Below are positions 6,602-10,111 of a stretch of DNA of 10,111 nucleotides, one piece after another. The notes under the pieces were generated by a model. It searched no databases. It was not told the DNA's origin and was given only the letters and a program-made list of their open reading frames with translations. The stretch's first letter is position 1; every line of letters begins with the position of its first letter. Made by a program: the position numbers and the translations under genes. Origin of the DNA: Octopus sinensis (Eukaryota); NCBI RefSeq assembly GCF_006345805.1, contig NW_021827434.1, positions 1 through 10,111 on the forward strand. Reading direction: 5' to 3'.

Positions 6602-6633
6602 AGCAAAATCAAGGAACGTTCCTTGATTTTGCT
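6602..6633. repeat. Perfect 32-bp palindrome
   Basis: AGCAAAATCAAGGAAC|GTTCCTTGATTTTGCT. Confidence 0.97.
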
Positions 6634-6675
6634 GTTGAATTTATAAATGGTCTATGACTATTTAATTTTTTCCCA

Positions 6676-6719
6676 CTAGGCCGCTGGTGGCAAAAAGATT
6701 CTGCGAAATTTTTGCCACC
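6676..6719 (-). other. 11-bp hairpin followed by CTAG|T (Helitron-like 3' terminus)
   Basis: GGTGGCAAAAA (6686-6696) pairs with TTTTTGCCACC (6709-6719). The minus strand continues AGCGGC CTAG (6679-6676) then T. Confidence 0.35.
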
Positions 6720-6721
6720 CT

Positions 6722-6732
6722 ATATTGATAAT

Positions 6733-6786
<54 letters not shown>

Positions 6787-6838
6787 ATGTATGTATACAC
6801 ACATACACACATACACACACACACATATATATATATAC

Positions 6839-6876
<38 letters not shown>

Positions 6877-6984
6877 CATACATACATATATTATATACAT
6901 ATATACATATGTATATATATATATAACACATATGTACATATAATATATATATAATATATTATATTATATACTATATATATATAA

Positions 6985-7035
<51 letters not shown>

Positions 7036-7083
7036 TTATATTATTATATATTATATATATAATATATTGTTATATAGATAGAT
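6722..7083. repeat. (TA)n/(TG)n/(TACA)n compound microsatellite
   Basis: Read directly. Confidence 0.95.
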
Positions 7084-7309
7084 ATGTAGGTAGGCAGGTT
7101 GGTAGATAAAGTCTGACATCTGGACATTTCCGCGGCCATGCTATCGGGACTGTCTCGAGCCCTGGGGAGGTTACTTCTGTTCCATTGTTAGAAAGCAACA
7201 GTTTGGTAGGTCATTGACCCAATGTCTTGGGCTGCAGCTCTAAGCCCCTGTGATCTGCGGAACAGACATTCTGTTGTCTCTCGATGCAGGCAGGTAACAA
7301 AGACAGAAA

Positions 7310-7330
7310 GTGATAGAGACGAAGAGAAAG

Positions 7331-7361
<31 letters not shown>

Positions 7362-7390
7362 GAGAGTGAGAGAGAGAGAGAGAGTGTGTG
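7310..7390. repeat. (GA)n/(GATA)n microsatellite
   Basis: Read directly. Confidence 0.9.
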
Positions 7391-7411
7391 GTGGCAAGGG
7401 AACGTGGTATT

Positions 7412-8674
7412 TTTACTACTGTCGATCACATTTCACAAGATTTACTAGAAAGTAGAATTTTGATTTTTTACCATAATCTTCGTCTCTCAGAATACTTTGG
7501 ACAAATCTTTTAGGACTCGACTAAAAAAATATTCAAAGACTAGTTACTATCATAGGAACCTTACCCGATACAATCGACTATGTTTCAGTATTCTTACTAG
7601 AAAGCAGTGGCGTCTATTTTACCATAATCTTCTTCTGTAAGAAATGTGTGCAAAAGTCCTCGAGAAATTAGCCGAACGGTATTCTAGGAACAGTCACTAA
7701 AACAGGAACCATACATGAGTTACTATCGACCCCCTTTAAGTAGGTTGACAAAAGAGCGGTGCCTTCCTTCTTTCGGTATAATCTTTCTCTCTAAAAAGTG
7801 TCTGAAAGGTCTTTGAGGATTTCACCGTAAGGGAGTCTAAAAGTAATCCCAATAATTGCGACTCGTTACTGTCGATCACTTTTCCGCAGAATTCCTAGAA
7901 AACTGTAGCTTCTATTTTACCGCATTCTTTGTCTCCAAGAAATGTTTGGACAAAATGCTATGAGGACTTGACCGAAGGGGATTCTAAGGCTAGATTCTAT
8001 CATAGGTCGGAGGCGCAATGACCCAGTGGTTAGGGCAGCGGACTCGCGGTCGTAGGATCGCGGTTTCGATTCCCAGACCGGGCGTTATGAATGTTTATGA
8101 GCGAAAACACCTAAAGCTCCACGAGGCTCCGGCAGGGGTGGTGGTGATCCCGCTGTACTTTTCGCCACAACTTTCTCTCACTCTTTCTTCCTGTTTCTGT
8201 TGTACCTGTATTTCAAAGGGCCGGCCTTGTCACTCTCTGTGTCACGCTGAATATCCCTGAGAACTACGTTAAGGGTACACGTGTCTGTGGAGTGCTCAGC
8301 CACTTACACGTTAATTTCACGAGCAGGCTGTTCCGTTGGTCGGATCAACCGGAACCCTCATCGTCGTAACCGACGGAGTGCTTCCATCTATCATAGGCAG
8401 TAAACTTGATACTGTCGAACATATTTCATCAGAGCGGTACCATCTATTTTCCTTTTTTTACCATATTCCTCCTTTCCAAGAAGAGTTTGAAAAAACCTTT
8501 GAGAACTTCACCGAAGACGTATTCTAAACTAGTCTCTAACAAAAAGATAATATTCGATACAGACAGTCGACCATTTTCAGCAGATTAGTTAACAAGCAGC
8601 ACCTTATTCGTGTTACCATAATTTATCTCTCCAAGAAGAGTTTGGCAAAGCGTACGAAGATTTGGCCGAAGAGG
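7412..8674. repeat. Degenerate ~150-bp tandem array (about 6 units) interrupted by a SINE
   Basis: The anchor ACCATAATCT or a variant occurs at 7470, 7621, 7775, 7919, 8460 and 8615. Spacings are 151, 154, 144, 541 (150 + 391 insertion) and 155. CTGTCGATCAC at 7419 and 7869 is exactly 450 apart. Confidence 0.85.
8007..8386 (+). mobile_element. tRNA-derived SINE, family C, full length with 11-bp TSD
   Basis: A-box TGACCCAGTGG (8019-8029), B-box GGTTTCGATTCCC (8062-8074). Perfect direct repeat TCTATCATAGG at 7996-8006 and 8387-8397. Removing 391 bp restores the 150-bp array period. Confidence 0.9.
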
Positions 8675-8827
8675 TAAAGTGTCTGTCTCAAGTTCTTTCA
8701 ATGTTGGCAATCTTCATCACTATGGTCACCAGACAGAGTAAAACTGTCAGCCATTCTGTCTGGTACTTTATATGAAACGAGCCAACAGTTCTGAATTCCT
8801 TGAGGACTGCAGTTATTCAATGATGAC

Positions 8828-9200
8828 AGTGTGTATATATTGATATGAGTACATGTGTGTGCGTATATATGTCGTATAAGTGTATGTGTAAGTGTAGTAT
8901 ATGTGTATGTGTGTGAGTATGTGTGTGTGTATGTATGTGCGTGTAGGCTTTGATGTACGAGTGTTTGAGCGTAATACGTATACATACATACATATATGCA
9001 TACATATATACATACACACATACTGTTATACATGATTGCTTGTCAAATGTTTGTTCTCAGTTTAAACAGTTTAAACAAACATATACAAAAGTGTAAGACG
9101 TGTGTGTGTGCATATATATATATATATATATGTGTGTGTGTATGCGTATACATAGATAAATAGCCAGATAGATAGTATACATACCTACTCACACACACAC

Positions 9201-9235
<35 letters not shown>

Positions 9236-9470
9236 GACTCGCACATATACAATATAAAGCGCACACAAATACATACATAAGCAAGCAACTATAAGTATAT
9301 ATACATCTTTCTCTCTCCTTTCCTTTCTCTACCTACCTACCTATCTACCTACATACTACCTACCTACTTACTTATGTATGTATGTATGTATGTATGTATG
9401 TATGTATGTATGTATGTATGTATGTATGTATGTATCTATCTATCTATCTATCTATCTACCTACCTACCTA

Positions 9471-9506
<36 letters not shown>

Positions 9507-9533
9507 TACATACATACATACATATATATATAT

Positions 9534-9564
<31 letters not shown>

Positions 9565-9660
9565 CGTGTGTGTGTAGGATTGTATTATGTTAATACATGT
9601 TTGTACCTATACGTATGTATGTACATACACACTCTCACGCACACACACATAATCGCACAT
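8828..9660. repeat. Compound (TG)/(TA)/(CA)/(CTAC)/(TATG)/(TATC) microsatellites
   Basis: Read directly. Confidence 0.9.
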
Positions 9661-9954
9661 ACATCTATGAATGTAAGATTCTAAGAATGTTTGAAAAGAA
9701 GTGTGGTGTGGAGCGTAAGTGTGAACAGTTCCGTGTGCAGTTAGTGTGACCGTTGAGAGCTCCAGTGGCACAGTAGTGTCACCAATGATGAATGACTGTT
9801 TATATTTAGATGTCCTGGTCCTGGAATTGTGTATACAGGTCATTAGAATTGTTAACTATCCCCCTTAGGTTTGCTCTTCTTCGTGGTTACCCGTTTCTAC
9901 ACGCTGACATCCAAGCACCAACGCACGCGCACACTAAGTCCCCCTGCACTCGTA

Positions 9955-9991
9955 CATATAAAATATATATATATATATATATTATATATAG

Positions 9992-10026
<35 letters not shown>

Positions 10027-10111
10027 TTATGTATAGATATATGTGTATATATATGTATATATATATATGTATATATATATATGTATATATATATATATGT
10101 ATATATATGTA
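9955..10111. repeat. (TA)n/(TATG) microsatellite
   Basis: Read directly. Confidence 0.95.

Noticed and set aside
6672-6690. CCACTAGG as a CTCF site
   Set aside because: Only the 5' half matches; the GGCGC part is missing.
8009-8080. Functional tRNA gene (also 2035-2120, 4145-4225, 240-312)
   Set aside because: A/B boxes are present but I cannot build a complete cloverleaf. Each continues into a SINE body, one with a TSD.
8728-8764. 10-bp inverted repeat ACCAGACAGA/TCTGTCTGGT
   Set aside because: Real but short, with no TSD, terminator or family context, so no function can be supported.
6712-9843. YI/CV/HT-rich ORFs (6712..6954, 8698..9033, 9043..9288, 9378..9684 and others)
   Set aside because: Microsatellite artefacts.
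9800-9845. Possible 29-nt plus-strand exon (TTTAG|ATG...CAG|GTCATT)
   Set aside because: Weak donor, poor pyrimidine tract and no recognisable peptide.

Overview
Eukaryotic, AT-rich, non-coding DNA full of microsatellites and retroelement debris. The SINE families and repeat load look cephalopod (Octopus-like) to me; this is recognition from memory, not a search. I find no intact protein-coding gene, and almost all ORFs in the track are microsatellite artefacts. Supported elements: the C-terminus of an RLE-type non-LTR retrotransposon (1-180), a CR1/L2-group LINE 3' fragment with a candidate 7-bp TSD (701-1165), three tRNA-derived SINE families (one with exchangeable 3' tails, one with a perfect 11-bp TSD), and a degenerate ~150-bp tandem array (7412-8674). 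The standout is 5550-6579, a ~480-bp repeat unit present as one inverted and two tandem copies. Each copy carries a type I hammerhead ribozyme fold (CUGAUGA...GAAA...AUA). The first two copies form a ~420-bp palindrome with no spacer. This resembles a Penelope-like pseudo-LTR or non-LTR retrozyme locus that could release a 480-nt self-cleaved, possibly circular, RNA. A second, unrelated and degenerate minimal hammerhead-like motif lies at 5131-5166.
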